Positions 8,458 to 16,258 of a stretch of DNA of 33,309 nt are shown here, piece after piece. Below the pieces are notes generated by a model, which searched no databases, was not told where the DNA came from, and worked only from the letters and a program-made list of their open reading frames with translations. A program made the position numbers and the translations under genes. Position 1 is the first letter of the stretch. Every line of letters starts with the position of its first letter. Source of the stretch: Stellaceae bacterium (lineage in GTDB: Bacteria; Pseudomonadota; Alphaproteobacteria; ATCC43930; CGMCC-115725); assembly GCA_035523855.1 (NCBI GenBank), contig DATKPX010000014.1, positions 1 to 33,309 on the forward strand, written 5' to 3'.

Positions 8458-9396
8458 ATGCCGCAGAAGCACGTTGCCATCATCGGCGCCGGCACCATCG
8501 GCGCGAGCTGGGCCGCCTATTTCCTGTCGCGCGGATATTCGGTGACCGCGAGCGATCCCGCCCCCAAGGGCGAGGAGTTCCTGCGAAGCTATGTGAAGAC
8601 TGCCTGGATCGCGCTGTCGCGCCTCGGCCTGGCGCCGGACGCCTCGCCGGACCGGATCACCTTCGTGCGCGATCCCGTGGCGGCGCTCGAAGGGGCGAGC
8701 TTCGTGCAGGAGAGCGGCCCCGAGCGCCTCGACCTCAAGGTCGAGCTCTTCGAGCGGCTCGATCGCGCGCTGCCGCCCGAGGTGATCCTCGCCTCGAGCT
8801 CGTCCGGCATCCTCATCAGCCAGATCGCCCAGCGCTGCCGGCATCCCGAGCGCTGCATCATCGGCCATCCCTTCAACCCGCCGCACATGATCCCGCTGGT
8901 GGAGGTGGTGGGCGGCGAGAAGACCGCGCCCCAGACCATCGAGCGCGCGCTCGCCTTCTACCGCGAGATCGGCAAGCGGCCGATCCATATCCGCAAGGAG
9001 GTGACGGGCCATCTCGTCAACCGCCTGCAGGCGGCGCTCTGGCGCGAGGCGGTGCATCTGGTGGCGGAGGGCGTGGCGAGCGTCGAGGATGTCGACGCCG
9101 GCATCGCCTATGGGCCCGGCCTGCGCTGGGCGATCATGGGGCCGCACCTGACCTTCCATCTCGCCGGCGGCGTCGGCGGCATGCGCCACTTCATGCCGCA
9201 TCTGGGCGTGCCGCAGTCGCATGACTGGTGGCCCGCCCTCGGCAATCCCGAGATGACGCCGAAGCTGCAGCAGATGATCATCGACGGCGTCGACCAGGAA
9301 GCCGCCGGCCGCTCCATCCCTGAGCTCGCCGCCGAGCGCGACCGCTGCCTGATCGCGATCCTGGAGGCGCTGAAGGAGGCGCGCGGCGGGAAGTAG
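8458..9396 (+). CDS. 3-hydroxyacyl-CoA dehydrogenase family protein, L-carnitine dehydrogenase-like
   Basis: IGAGTIGASWA Rossmann motif, ESGPERLDLK, GHPFNPPHMIPLVEVV and GGMRHFM resemble carnitine dehydrogenases from memory. Confidence 0.8.
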   Translation: MPQKHVAIIGAGTIGASWAAYFLSRGYSVTASDPAPKGEEFLRSYVKTAWIALSRLGLAPDASPDRITFVRDPVAALEGASFVQESGPERLDLKVELFERLDRALPPEVILASSSSGILISQIAQRCRHPERCIIGHPFNPPHMIPLVEVVGGEKTAPQTIERALAFYREIGKRPIHIRKEVTGHLVNRLQAALWREAVHLVAEGVASVEDVDAGIAYGPGLRWAIMGPHLTFHLAGGVGGMRHFMPHLGVPQSHDWWPALGNPEMTPKLQQMIIDGVDQEAAGRSIPELAAERDRCLIAILEALKEARGGK

Positions 9397-9405
9397 CGGC
9401 GCGGC

Positions 9406-10278
9406 CTAGCGCTTCCGCTCCGCGCTCTTGAGCCAGCCGCGGCCGGCCTTGCGGCCGAGATAGCCGGCTTTCACCCGCTGCTTCAGCAGCGCCGGCGGGC
9501 GGAAGCGCTCGCCATAGGCGTCCTGCAGGATCTCCTGCACCTGCAGGCAGAGGCTCGAGGTGGTGACGTCCATCAGCTCGAAGGGGCCGATCGGATGGCC
9601 GAGGCCGAGCTTGCAGGCGAGGTCGATGTCCTCGGGCGTGGCGACGCCTTCCTCGACGAGCTTGATCGCCTCGATGACGAAGGCGTGCAGCACGCGGTTG
9701 ACCGCGAAGCCCACCACGTCCTTGACGCGGATCGGCGTCTTGCCGGCGGCGCGGCAGTACTCCATCGCGCGCCCGACCGCGGGCTCCGAGGTGTCGAATT
9801 GCGGGATCACCTCCACCAGCTTCATGCGCGAGACCGGCGAGAAATAATGGGTGCCGAGGAAGTTCGGCCGGCGCTCCGGGCTCAGATAGGACGCGAGCGC
9901 CGAGATCGCGATGCTGGAGGTGTTGCTGGCGATGAGGGCGTCGGGCCGGCAGACGCGGTCGAGCGTGCGGTAGATCTCCGCCTTCACCGCTTCGTCCTCG
10001 AACACCGCCTCGGTCACCATGTCGCGGTCGGAGAAGCGCGCGAGGTCGGTGGTGATGGCGATGCGCGCCAGCGTCGCCGGCTTCTCCGTCTCCTGGTAGA
10101 AGCCGCGGCCGATGCCCTTGTCGAGAATCCCGGCGAGGCGGTCGAGCGCCGACCGCAGCTCGCTCTCGCCGCGGTCGGTCAGCAGCACGTCATAGCCGCC
10201 GAGCGCATAGACGAGGGCGATCTCCGCGCCCATCAGCCCCGCGCCCACCACGCCGATCTTTCCCTTGGCCGAGCTCAT
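9406..10278 (-). CDS. 3-hydroxybutyryl-CoA / 3-hydroxyacyl-CoA dehydrogenase
   Basis: VVGAGLMGAEIA, AVFEDEAVK, NTSS, HYFSPV and GFAVNR motifs. Confidence 0.88.
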   Translation of the reverse strand: MSSAKGKIGVVGAGLMGAEIALVYALGGYDVLLTDRGESELRSALDRLAGILDKGIGRGFYQETEKPATLARIAITTDLARFSDRDMVTEAVFEDEAVKAEIYRTLDRVCRPDALIASNTSSIAISALASYLSPERRPNFLGTHYFSPVSRMKLVEVIPQFDTSEPAVGRAMEYCRAAGKTPIRVKDVVGFAVNRVLHAFVIEAIKLVEEGVATPEDIDLACKLGLGHPIGPFELMDVTTSSLCLQVQEILQDAYGERFRPPALLKQRVKAGYLGRKAGRGWLKSAERKR

Positions 10279-10457
10279 TCCCGTTCTCCTCCGATGTGTC
10301 GGCGAAAAAGTTGCAGCATCGCGCCGGGCTTGTCCACGCGATCGCGCCCCGGCGTCCCATTCCGATCTCGCTTGCGGCGCGGAATCCCGCTAGATTCTCT
10401 GTAGAACAGGGCGCTGACGAAGAAGGGTTAACACCCTCGAACGCGGGGAGGCGAGAG

Positions 10458-12092
10458 ATGCGCGGGTTGATGATGGATCGGCCGCTGCTGATCCAGAGCC
10501 TGATCGAGTATGCCGGCCAGTATCACGCGGACACCGAGATCGTCTCCCGCACGAATGAGGGGCCGATCCACCGCTATACCTACGCCGAGGCGGAGCGGCG
10601 CTCGAAGCAGCTGGCGAAGGCGCTGAAGCGGCTGGGCATCGGCGTCGGCGACCGTGTCGGCACCCTCGCCTGGAACGGCTACCGCCACTACGAGCTCTAT
10701 TTCGGTGTCTCCGGCATCGGCGCCGTCTGCCACACCATCAACCCGCGGCTCTTCCCGGACCAGCTCCGCTACATCGTCAATCACGCCGAGGATCAGGTCG
10801 TCTTCTTCGATCTGAGCTTCGCGCCGCTGGTGGAGAAGCTGGCGGCGGAGTGGAAGCCGGTCCGGCACTTCGTCGCGATGACCGACCGGGCGCACATGCC
10901 CGCGATCGATCTGCCGGGCCTGCTCTGCTACGAGGAGCTGCTGGCGGCGGAAACGCCTGACATGGACTGGCCGGACTTCGACGAGAACACGGCCTCCTCG
11001 CTCTGCTACACCTCCGGCACCACCGGCAATCCCAAGGGCGTGCTCTACTCGCACCGCTCCACCGTGCTGCACGCCTTCTCCTGCTGCATGGCGAACAACA
11101 CCTCGGTCGCCATGTGGGAGTCGGTCTGTCCCGTGGTGCCGATGTTCCATGTCAACGCCTGGGGGATCCCCTATGCCACCGCCATGGGCGGCGCCAAGCT
11201 GGTGTTCCCCGGCCCCAAGATGGACGGCGAGAGCCTCTACGATCTCTTCCAGGCGGAGCGCGTCAGCATCGGCCTCGGCGTGCCGACGATCTGGCTCGGC
11301 TTCCTCAAGTATCTCGACGACAGCGGCAAGCGGCTCGACCACCTGAAGCGGCTGCTGATCGGCGGCTCGGCGGCGCCGCTCGCCATGATCAAGACCTTCG
11401 AGGAGAAGCACGGCGTGCGCGCCATCCAGGGCTGGGGCATGACGGAGATGAGCCCGGTGGGCTCGGTCTGCACCTTGAAAGCGAAATTCGCCGATCTTCC
11501 CCGGGAGGCGCGCGAGAAGATCCAGGTGAAGCAGGGCCGCGCGCTCTATTCGGTCGAGATGAAGCTGGTGGACGCGGAGGGCAGGGTGCAGCCCCATGAC
11601 GGCACGTCGCGCGGCGAGCTGCTGGTGCGCGGTCCCTGGATCATGGGCGCCTATTTCAACGACGAGGCGGCGACGCGCCCGGCCTATGACGAGGAGGGCT
11701 GGTTCCGCACCGGCGATGTCTGCACCATCGATCCCGACGGCTATCTGCAGATCGTCGACCGCCGCAAGGACGTGATCAAGTCCGGCGGCGAATGGATCAG
11801 CTCCATCGACGTGGAGAACGCGGCGATCGGTCACCCCGACGTGCAGGAGGCGGCGGTGATCGGCCTGCCGCATCCGAAATGGGCGGAGCGGCCGCTGCTC
11901 GTGGTGGTGCCGAAGGAGGGGCGCCGGCCGGAGAAGGAGGCGATCCTCGACTTCCTCCGCGCCAGGCTCGCCAAATGGGCGGTGCCCGACGACGTCGCCT
12001 TCGTCACCGAGATCCCGCACACGGCGACAGGCAAGATCCTGAAGACGCGGCTGCGCGAGATCTTCGCCGGCTATCGGCTGCCGACCGCGTGA
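10458..12092 (+). CDS. Long-chain/medium-chain fatty acid-CoA ligase (AMP-binding)
   Basis: ATG 10458 ([11 protein letters not shown]) follows GGGGAGG. It has the AMP-binding motif [18 protein letters not shown], and TGD...DRRKD. The 5' part of ORF 10296.. is unlikely to be coding. Confidence 0.9.
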   Translation: MRGLMMDRPLLIQSLIEYAGQYHADTEIVSRTNEGPIHRYTYAEAERRSKQLAKALKRLGIGVGDRVGTLAWNGYRHYELYFGVSGIGAVCHTINPRLFPDQLRYIVNHAEDQVVFFDLSFAPLVEKLAAEWKPVRHFVAMTDRAHMPAIDLPGLLCYEELLAAETPDMDWPDFDENTASSLCYTSGTTGNPKGVLYSHRSTVLHAFSCCMANNTSVAMWESVCPVVPMFHVNAWGIPYATAMGGAKLVFPGPKMDGESLYDLFQAERVSIGLGVPTIWLGFLKYLDDSGKRLDHLKRLLIGGSAAPLAMIKTFEEKHGVRAIQGWGMTEMSPVGSVCTLKAKFADLPREAREKIQVKQGRALYSVEMKLVDAEGRVQPHDGTSRGELLVRGPWIMGAYFNDEAATRPAYDEEGWFRTGDVCTIDPDGYLQIVDRRKDVIKSGGEWISSIDVENAAIGHPDVQEAAVIGLPHPKWAERPLLVVVPKEGRRPEKEAILDFLRARLAKWAVPDDVAFVTEIPHTATGKILKTRLREIFAGYRLPTA

Positions 12093-12113
12093 GAAGGCGC
12101 TCTTGTCATCGGC

Positions 12114-12584
12114 TCAATCCCGCTTGCTCTCGCGCACTATTCGGATGCTGACCGGAATATAGAGCTGCGTGCCGGGCGGCGGATCGACCAGAAACAAGCG
12201 TCGCATGTCGGCCAGAATCTTCGGGAGGAATGTCTGGTCGGTATCCGTCTCGAAGGAAAGCTCGACCTTGGGCGGTCCGTGGCGGGCGATCATGCTGCCC
12301 GCGATCTGAACGCCGCCGCGACCATTCCCCCGCAGCACCATCTTGAAGTCGCCCTCGGACCAAAGGGGTGCTTCGCCGGAGAGGGTCGACGAAAGACTCT
12401 CCAGCCGCTTCTCGAACTCGCCGAGATATTGGAGCTCGGTCTGCAGCTCCGCTCGGACGGTACTCGCGATGACCGTGACCGCCGCGGGCGAGCCATAGGG
12501 AGTGTACGGCCAGGGAATCGGCCGAAAGGCGATGAGATCCGCGTCGCGGCCCCGGATGATCACACTTTCGGCTTCGTCCTCCAT
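12114..12584 (-). CDS. Hypothetical protein translationally coupled to the cI-like repressor
   Basis: ATG 12584 overlaps the repressor stop as TGATG; the alternative start is GTG 12599. High GC3. I recognise no family. Confidence 0.6.
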   Translation of the reverse strand: MEDEAESVIIRGRDADLIAFRPIPWPYTPYGSPAAVTVIASTVRAELQTELQYLGEFEKRLESLSSTLSGEAPLWSEGDFKMVLRGNGRGGVQIAGSMIARHGPPKVELSFETDTDQTFLPKILADMRRLFLVDPPPGTQLYIPVSIRIVRESKRD

Positions 12585-13282
12585 CAGAGCCAGCGCCACT
12601 GGCCGATGACGCGGCCCTGGATGTAGGCCTCGTCGAGGCTGCGCTCGTAGGGCTCGTAGGCTTGGTTATCCGAGGTGATCTTGACCCTGGGCGGGTCGGT
12701 GTGCGGCAGAAGCTGCACGCGCTTCACGACCAATCCCAGCCCGTCCCAGACCACGAAGATGCCGGGCGGGCTCGGGCGCCGGTCGCCGGTATCGACGAGG
12801 GCGCGCTGGCCCGGCATCAGCGTCGGCTCCATGCTGTCGCCGAGCACGGTGATGATGCGCAGCTCCGCCGCCGGCGCGGTCGTGTAGCTGCGGATGATCT
12901 CGCTGGGGATCTGCCACTCCGCCACCGGGCGGCTGCCGCCGTCGGTGAGGCCGCTGCCGGCGCCGGCGCGCACGTCGAGCTCCTCGATCCGCAGCGTGGC
13001 GGCGCCGGGGTCATTGCGGCCGGTCGCCAGCGGGCGCTGGCCACTGCCGTCGACGCCCGCCAGCGCGAAGAGCTCCGCCGCCTCGACGCCACGGGGCTCG
13101 AAGATCGGCACCAGCTTCAGCACCAGGTCGAGCGGCATCAGCGGCTTCTTGAAGCGGTCCTCGTAGTGCTGATAGCTGGAGCCGTGCTCCATGCCGAGCG
13201 CCTCCGCCACCTGTCGGATCGACAGGCCGGTGCGTTGCCGCAACTGCTTCAATCGGCGCGAAACCGCAGAAACCTCCGCCAT
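12584..13282 (-). CDS. Phage cI/LexA-like repressor (XRE HTH + S24 peptidase)
   Basis: Starts at ATG 13282 (MAEVSAVSRRLKQLRQRTGLSIRQVAEALG HTH). The C-terminal domain carries the Ser-Lys dyad motifs LGDSMEPTL and LVVKRV. Confidence 0.88.
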   Translation of the reverse strand: MAEVSAVSRRLKQLRQRTGLSIRQVAEALGMEHGSSYQHYEDRFKKPLMPLDLVLKLVPIFEPRGVEAAELFALAGVDGSGQRPLATGRNDPGAATLRIEELDVRAGAGSGLTDGGSRPVAEWQIPSEIIRSYTTAPAAELRIITVLGDSMEPTLMPGQRALVDTGDRRPSPPGIFVVWDGLGLVVKRVQLLPHTDPPRVKITSDNQAYEPYERSLDEAYIQGRVIGQWRWL

Positions 13283-13337
13283 CCGCGCAGTCTGTACGCG
13301 CGTGCCCTGAATCGCGATACGCTTTATGTGTTGACCG

Positions 13338-13378
13338 GTGACCGCAAACAGCGTACACGATTTGTTCTGAGCGGTCAC
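13338..13378. promoter_or_regulatory. Imperfect palindrome in the divergent switch region, candidate repressor operator
   Basis: gtgaccgc (13338-13345) and gcggtcac (13371-13378) flank an AT-richer core. Confidence 0.3.
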
Positions 13379-13449
13379 AGTCGGTATGGAGGCGGCATCA
13401 TGTTCCATAGGGGTGCATGCGAAAGTAGGAAGGGACGCGAGTATATTGA

Positions 13450-13464
13450 GAACAAATCAAGAAC
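13450..13464. promoter_or_regulatory. Alphaproteobacterial-type LexA (SOS) box GAAC-N7-GAAC
   Basis: gaac-aaatcaa-gaac is an exact match to the direct-repeat consensus. It lies 41 nt upstream of ATG 13505. Confidence 0.45.
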
Positions 13465-13504
13465 TAAGATAGCGCGCGACGCGACTGCCGTCAATGAAAA
13501 CGGG

Positions 13505-13816
13505 ATGGTCAACCCGGCTGATACCCGATCTCAGTGTTCGTTCATCGTGACGGCGCGCTGGCGCTTTGGCGGCGCCGACCCCTTCTGCAATGCGCCGGCC
13601 GTCCCGGGGAGCGCCTATTGCGCGCGCCATCTCGCCCGCTGCGCGGCCGCGCCGGAGAGCGAGCTGGCGCTTGCCGGTGACGTCGAGGCGCCCCCGCCGC
13701 CGCCCGAGCTTCGATATCTCAGGGAGGCGGCGCTGCCGGAATTGCTGCCCGAGGCGGAGGACGAGCTGCGCGCTCTCCTCGACGTTCGGCCGCTCGAGCC
13801 GCGTGGGGAGGAGTGA
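13505..13816 (+). CDS. Small phage-type protein with a GcrA C-terminal-like Cys motif
   Basis: The MVNPADTRSQCSFIV...FGGADPFCNAPAVPGSAYCARHLARC pattern resembles the C..W....F.FCG.....PYC..H motif of the GcrA C-terminus. It is the 3' part of ORF 12662..13816. The start is uncertain. Confidence 0.5.
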   Translation: MVNPADTRSQCSFIVTARWRFGGADPFCNAPAVPGSAYCARHLARCAAAPESELALAGDVEAPPPPPELRYLREAALPELLPEAEDELRALLDVRPLEPRGEE

Positions 13817-13818
13817 GC

Positions 13819-14346
13819 ATGGCGCGGGACCGGCGGCGGCGCGCGGGCGGCGAGGCGGTGGTGCTGCCGCCGCCGGAGCGGTGGGCGCGGCGCGAGGTGG
13901 AGCGGCTGCCACGCGCCATCGCCGACGAGGGGGGACGGCCGGCGCGCCCGTTCCATGCGCCCGACACGCTGCAGCAGATGGAGCGGCGCCACACCATCAC
14001 CGCGGCGATGCGCGAGGCGGGCGAGACCTTCCGCGTGCTCTTCCGCCTCGCCAGCCTCGATCCGCTCCGCGCCGTCGACGTGGCCAAGGTGCCGGAGACG
14101 GTGCGCGAGCTCCATGTGAGCGAGCGCCAGGCGGAGGCGCGCAAGCGGGTCGATGGCGTCATGCGGGCTCTCGGCGGCCGCGCGTCGCCGGCGGGCTCCT
14201 GCCTCTGGCATGTGGTAGGTGAGGAGCGCTCGCTGAAGGACTGGGCACTCCGCGCCGGCTGGGGCGGCAAGGCGATGAAGCCTGATACCGCCTCGGGGAT
14301 CCTGGTGGGCGCGCTCAGCGTGCTGCAGGCCCACTACGGGCTTTGA
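13819..14346 (+). CDS. Phage-associated hypothetical protein with a C-terminal HTH-like region (possibly DUF6456-like)
   Basis: ATG 13819 follows GGGGAGGAG; the alternative start is GTG 13813, overlapping the upstream stop. The C-terminus is WHVVGEERSLKDWALRAGWGG...ILVGALSVLQAHYGL. Confidence 0.6.
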   Translation: MARDRRRRAGGEAVVLPPPERWARREVERLPRAIADEGGRPARPFHAPDTLQQMERRHTITAAMREAGETFRVLFRLASLDPLRAVDVAKVPETVRELHVSERQAEARKRVDGVMRALGGRASPAGSCLWHVVGEERSLKDWALRAGWGGKAMKPDTASGILVGALSVLQAHYGL

Positions 14347-14402
14347 CGCGCGGCGCGGCCTCGCTAGCGTGAGGCGGGCGGCGCGGCGAGCGGGGGAGCG
14401 CG

Positions 14403-14873
14403 ATGGGGGCGGCGGTCGATGGGGCGGTACGTCTCGCCTACAGGCTGGGATATCGCGTGTTCCGCCTCTGGTGGTTCTTGCGCCGGCCGCAGCACAACGG
14501 CGCCGTGGTGGCGGTCTGGCACCAGGGGCGCATCCTGATGCTGCGCCATTCCTATCGCCGCCGTCTCGGCTGGCCCGGCGGCGGCATCGGCCGCGGCGAG
14601 GCGCCGCGCGCTGCCGCCCGCCGCGAGCTCAGCGAGGAGCTCGGCTTCGAGGTCGCCGACGACGCGCTCACCTATGTCGGCGAGACGCTGGAGTGCTGGG
14701 AGTACCGCCGCGACCGCGTGCGGCTTTTCGAGCTGATGCTGGAGCAGGTGCCGCCGCTGCGTCTCGATCAGCGCGAGGTAGTGGGAGCCGAGTTCATGGC
14801 GCCGACGGCGGCGCTCGGCCGCGAGATCGCGCCGTTCATCCGCGCCTATCTCGAGCGCCATCCCAAAAAGTGA
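14403..14873 (+). CDS. NUDIX hydrolase
   Basis: Nudix box GGGIGRGEAPRAAARRELSEELGF. GGGGGAG SD upstream. Confidence 0.85.
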   Translation: MGAAVDGAVRLAYRLGYRVFRLWWFLRRPQHNGAVVAVWHQGRILMLRHSYRRRLGWPGGGIGRGEAPRAAARRELSEELGFEVADDALTYVGETLECWEYRRDRVRLFELMLEQVPPLRLDQREVVGAEFMAPTAALGREIAPFIRAYLERHPKK

Positions 14874-14903
14874 AGACCCCGCCCAGGGGGGAGCGGGGTC
14901 TTC
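14873..14903. terminator. Hairpin between convergent genes (possible bidirectional terminator)
   Basis: gaagaccccgc-ccagggggga-gcggggtcttc forms a perfect 11-bp stem. There is no clear U tract. Confidence 0.45.
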
Positions 14904-14926
14904 GGGAGTGTGATGCTCTGGGGGAT

Positions 14927-15145
14927 TTAGTGCATCGCGCTCCGCGCCGCGGCACCCGCCATGTGCACCGCGAGGCATTTCTGGAAGGTGGTGGGCTCGG
15001 TCTTGGCGAAGAGGCGCTGCATCCAGCCGGCGCTCAGCGGCGCCTTAACCGGGGTGAGCTGCCGGGTCACGGGCAGCGGCCGAATGGGCCGATGCTCCGG
15101 CTTCACCTGGCGGATGACCATCCACCGCTCGACGACTTCAGACAT
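14927..15145 (-). CDS. Small hypothetical protein (72 aa)
   Basis: ATG 15145 (MSEVVERWMV...) follows AAGGAA. It is the shorter version of ORF 14927..15193. I recognise no family. Confidence 0.45.
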   Translation of the reverse strand: MSEVVERWMVIRQVKPEHRPIRPLPVTRQLTPVKAPLSAGWMQRLFAKTEPTTFQKCLAVHMAGAAARSAMH

Positions 15146-15193
15146 GACCAAGGTTCCTTGCTCGATGGGGTTCGTGTTGTTGAGGTGATTCAA

Positions 15194-15345
15194 AGCAGGT
15201 CTTTTTGGTTAATACATCCGGTATTTTGTTAAAATTTAAGTGACCTTTTCGGGGTGTTTGAGACAAATATGGTTAAATACTTAACCATGATCGAAATACT
15301 TGATACTCCGAAGAAATCGGCGATGCCAGATCATGGTTAAGGACT
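15194..15345. promoter_or_regulatory. AT-rich island with repeated TGGTTAA(A)TAC motifs and an 8-nt-arm palindrome
   Basis: tggttaatac at 15206, the palindrome atggttaa-atac-ttaaccat at 15269-15288, and atggttaa at 15333-15340. It lies between the divergent 72-aa ORF and rlpA. Confidence 0.3.
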
Positions 15346-15460
15346 TGCGCCGCGGGCAGGGCAGGCATGCACCCGTAGGCCTCTTCGGCGGGCTTCCGAA
15401 CGATTTCGCGCATATGCCGGCCTTAGCAAACCGTCAATCCGACGGCGCGATCCTTGCGGG

Positions 15461-15964
15461 ATGGTCCGCACATTTCTTCGCCTGCTCGATGCCTGGCGAA
15501 ACGGCCGCGTCCTCGGGGCGCTGGCGTTGGCGGGGCTGCTCGCCGCCTGCGCGCAGCCGGAGCTGCCGCAACCGGCGGCGCTGCCGCCGGAGCCGGCGCC
15601 GATCATGCAGCCCGTGCCGAGCTTCCAGCAGGAGGGTCTCGCCTCCTGGTACGGCGCCGAGCTCGATCGCCATCGGACCGCGAGCGGCGAGCGCTTCGAC
15701 ATGAACGGCCTCACCGCCGCCCATCGCTCGCTGCCGCTCGACACCGTCGTGCGCGTCACCAACCTCAAGAACGGCCAGTCCGTCTCGGTCCGCATCAACG
15801 ACCGCGGTCCTTTCACGCCTGGGCGCGTGATCGATCTCTCCCATGCCGCCGCGCTGCAGATCGGCATGAAGCACGATGGCCTCGCGCGCGTGCGCATCGA
15901 GGTCTACGACACCGATCAGCACAAGCACGTCGCCACCGTCGAGAGCGGCGTCCCCGCGTTCTAA
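15461..15964 (+). CDS. rlpA: Septal ring lytic transglycosylase RlpA-family lipoprotein (DPBB domain)
   Basis: Lipobox LLAAC. GLASWYGAELDRHRTASGERFDMNGLTAAHRSLPLDTVVRVTNLKNGQSV.VRINDRGPF is the classic RlpA DPBB core. Confidence 0.88.
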   Translation: MVRTFLRLLDAWRNGRVLGALALAGLLAACAQPELPQPAALPPEPAPIMQPVPSFQQEGLASWYGAELDRHRTASGERFDMNGLTAAHRSLPLDTVVRVTNLKNGQSVSVRINDRGPFTPGRVIDLSHAAALQIGMKHDGLARVRIEVYDTDQHKHVATVESGVPAF

Positions 15965-15972
15965 ATCCGGAT

Positions 15973-16197
15973 CTAGCTTTTCTTCGGCGGCGTCGGCGTG
16001 ATGGTGCCGGAGGTGGGTGCGCTCGGCGTCACCGTGCCGGCTTCGGGCGCCGGCTGCGGCGCCGGCGCATAGGGGTAATAGGAGTAGGGATAGCCGTAGC
16101 CGTAGTAATAGGCCGGCGCCGGATAGGGATAGTAATAGCAGCCGCTCAGCAGCGCCGTCGCCACCGCCGCCACGCCCCACCACAGAAGCCTGTGCAT
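15973..16197 (-). CDS. Small Tyr/Pro-rich lipoprotein (74 aa)
   Basis: ATG 16197 follows AAGGATGG. Signal peptide plus lipobox LLSGC, then CYYYPYPAPAYYYGYGYPYSYYPYAPAP. It is the 3' part of ORF 15973..16434. Confidence 0.6.
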   Translation of the reverse strand: MHRLLWWGVAAVATALLSGCYYYPYPAPAYYYGYGYPYSYYPYAPAPQPAPEAGTVTPSAPTSGTITPTPPKKS

Positions 16198-16258
16198 CGT
16201 CCATCCTTTGCTGACGAGGTCAGTATAGCACGATCGCGCCGGTGCCGGACGCGGCCCG

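Larger units (their letters stand above)
12114..14873. mobile_element. Phage-type immunity/early regulatory module (repressor operon, switch region, early genes)
   Basis: The gene content listed above. No integrase or att site was identified, so the boundaries are approximate. Confidence 0.45.

Noticed and set aside
13400-13504. Longer version of the GcrA-like ORF starting at MFHRGACES (ATG about 13400)
   Set aside because: The extension lies in the AT-rich switch region, would cover the SOS box, and has non-coding-like composition. ATG 13505 is preferred, though the start remains uncertain.
15194-15345. Possible CtrA boxes (TTAA-N7-TTAA) in the AT-rich island
   Set aside because: The TTAA pairs present have spacers of 3 or 4 nt, and none has the required 7-nt spacing.
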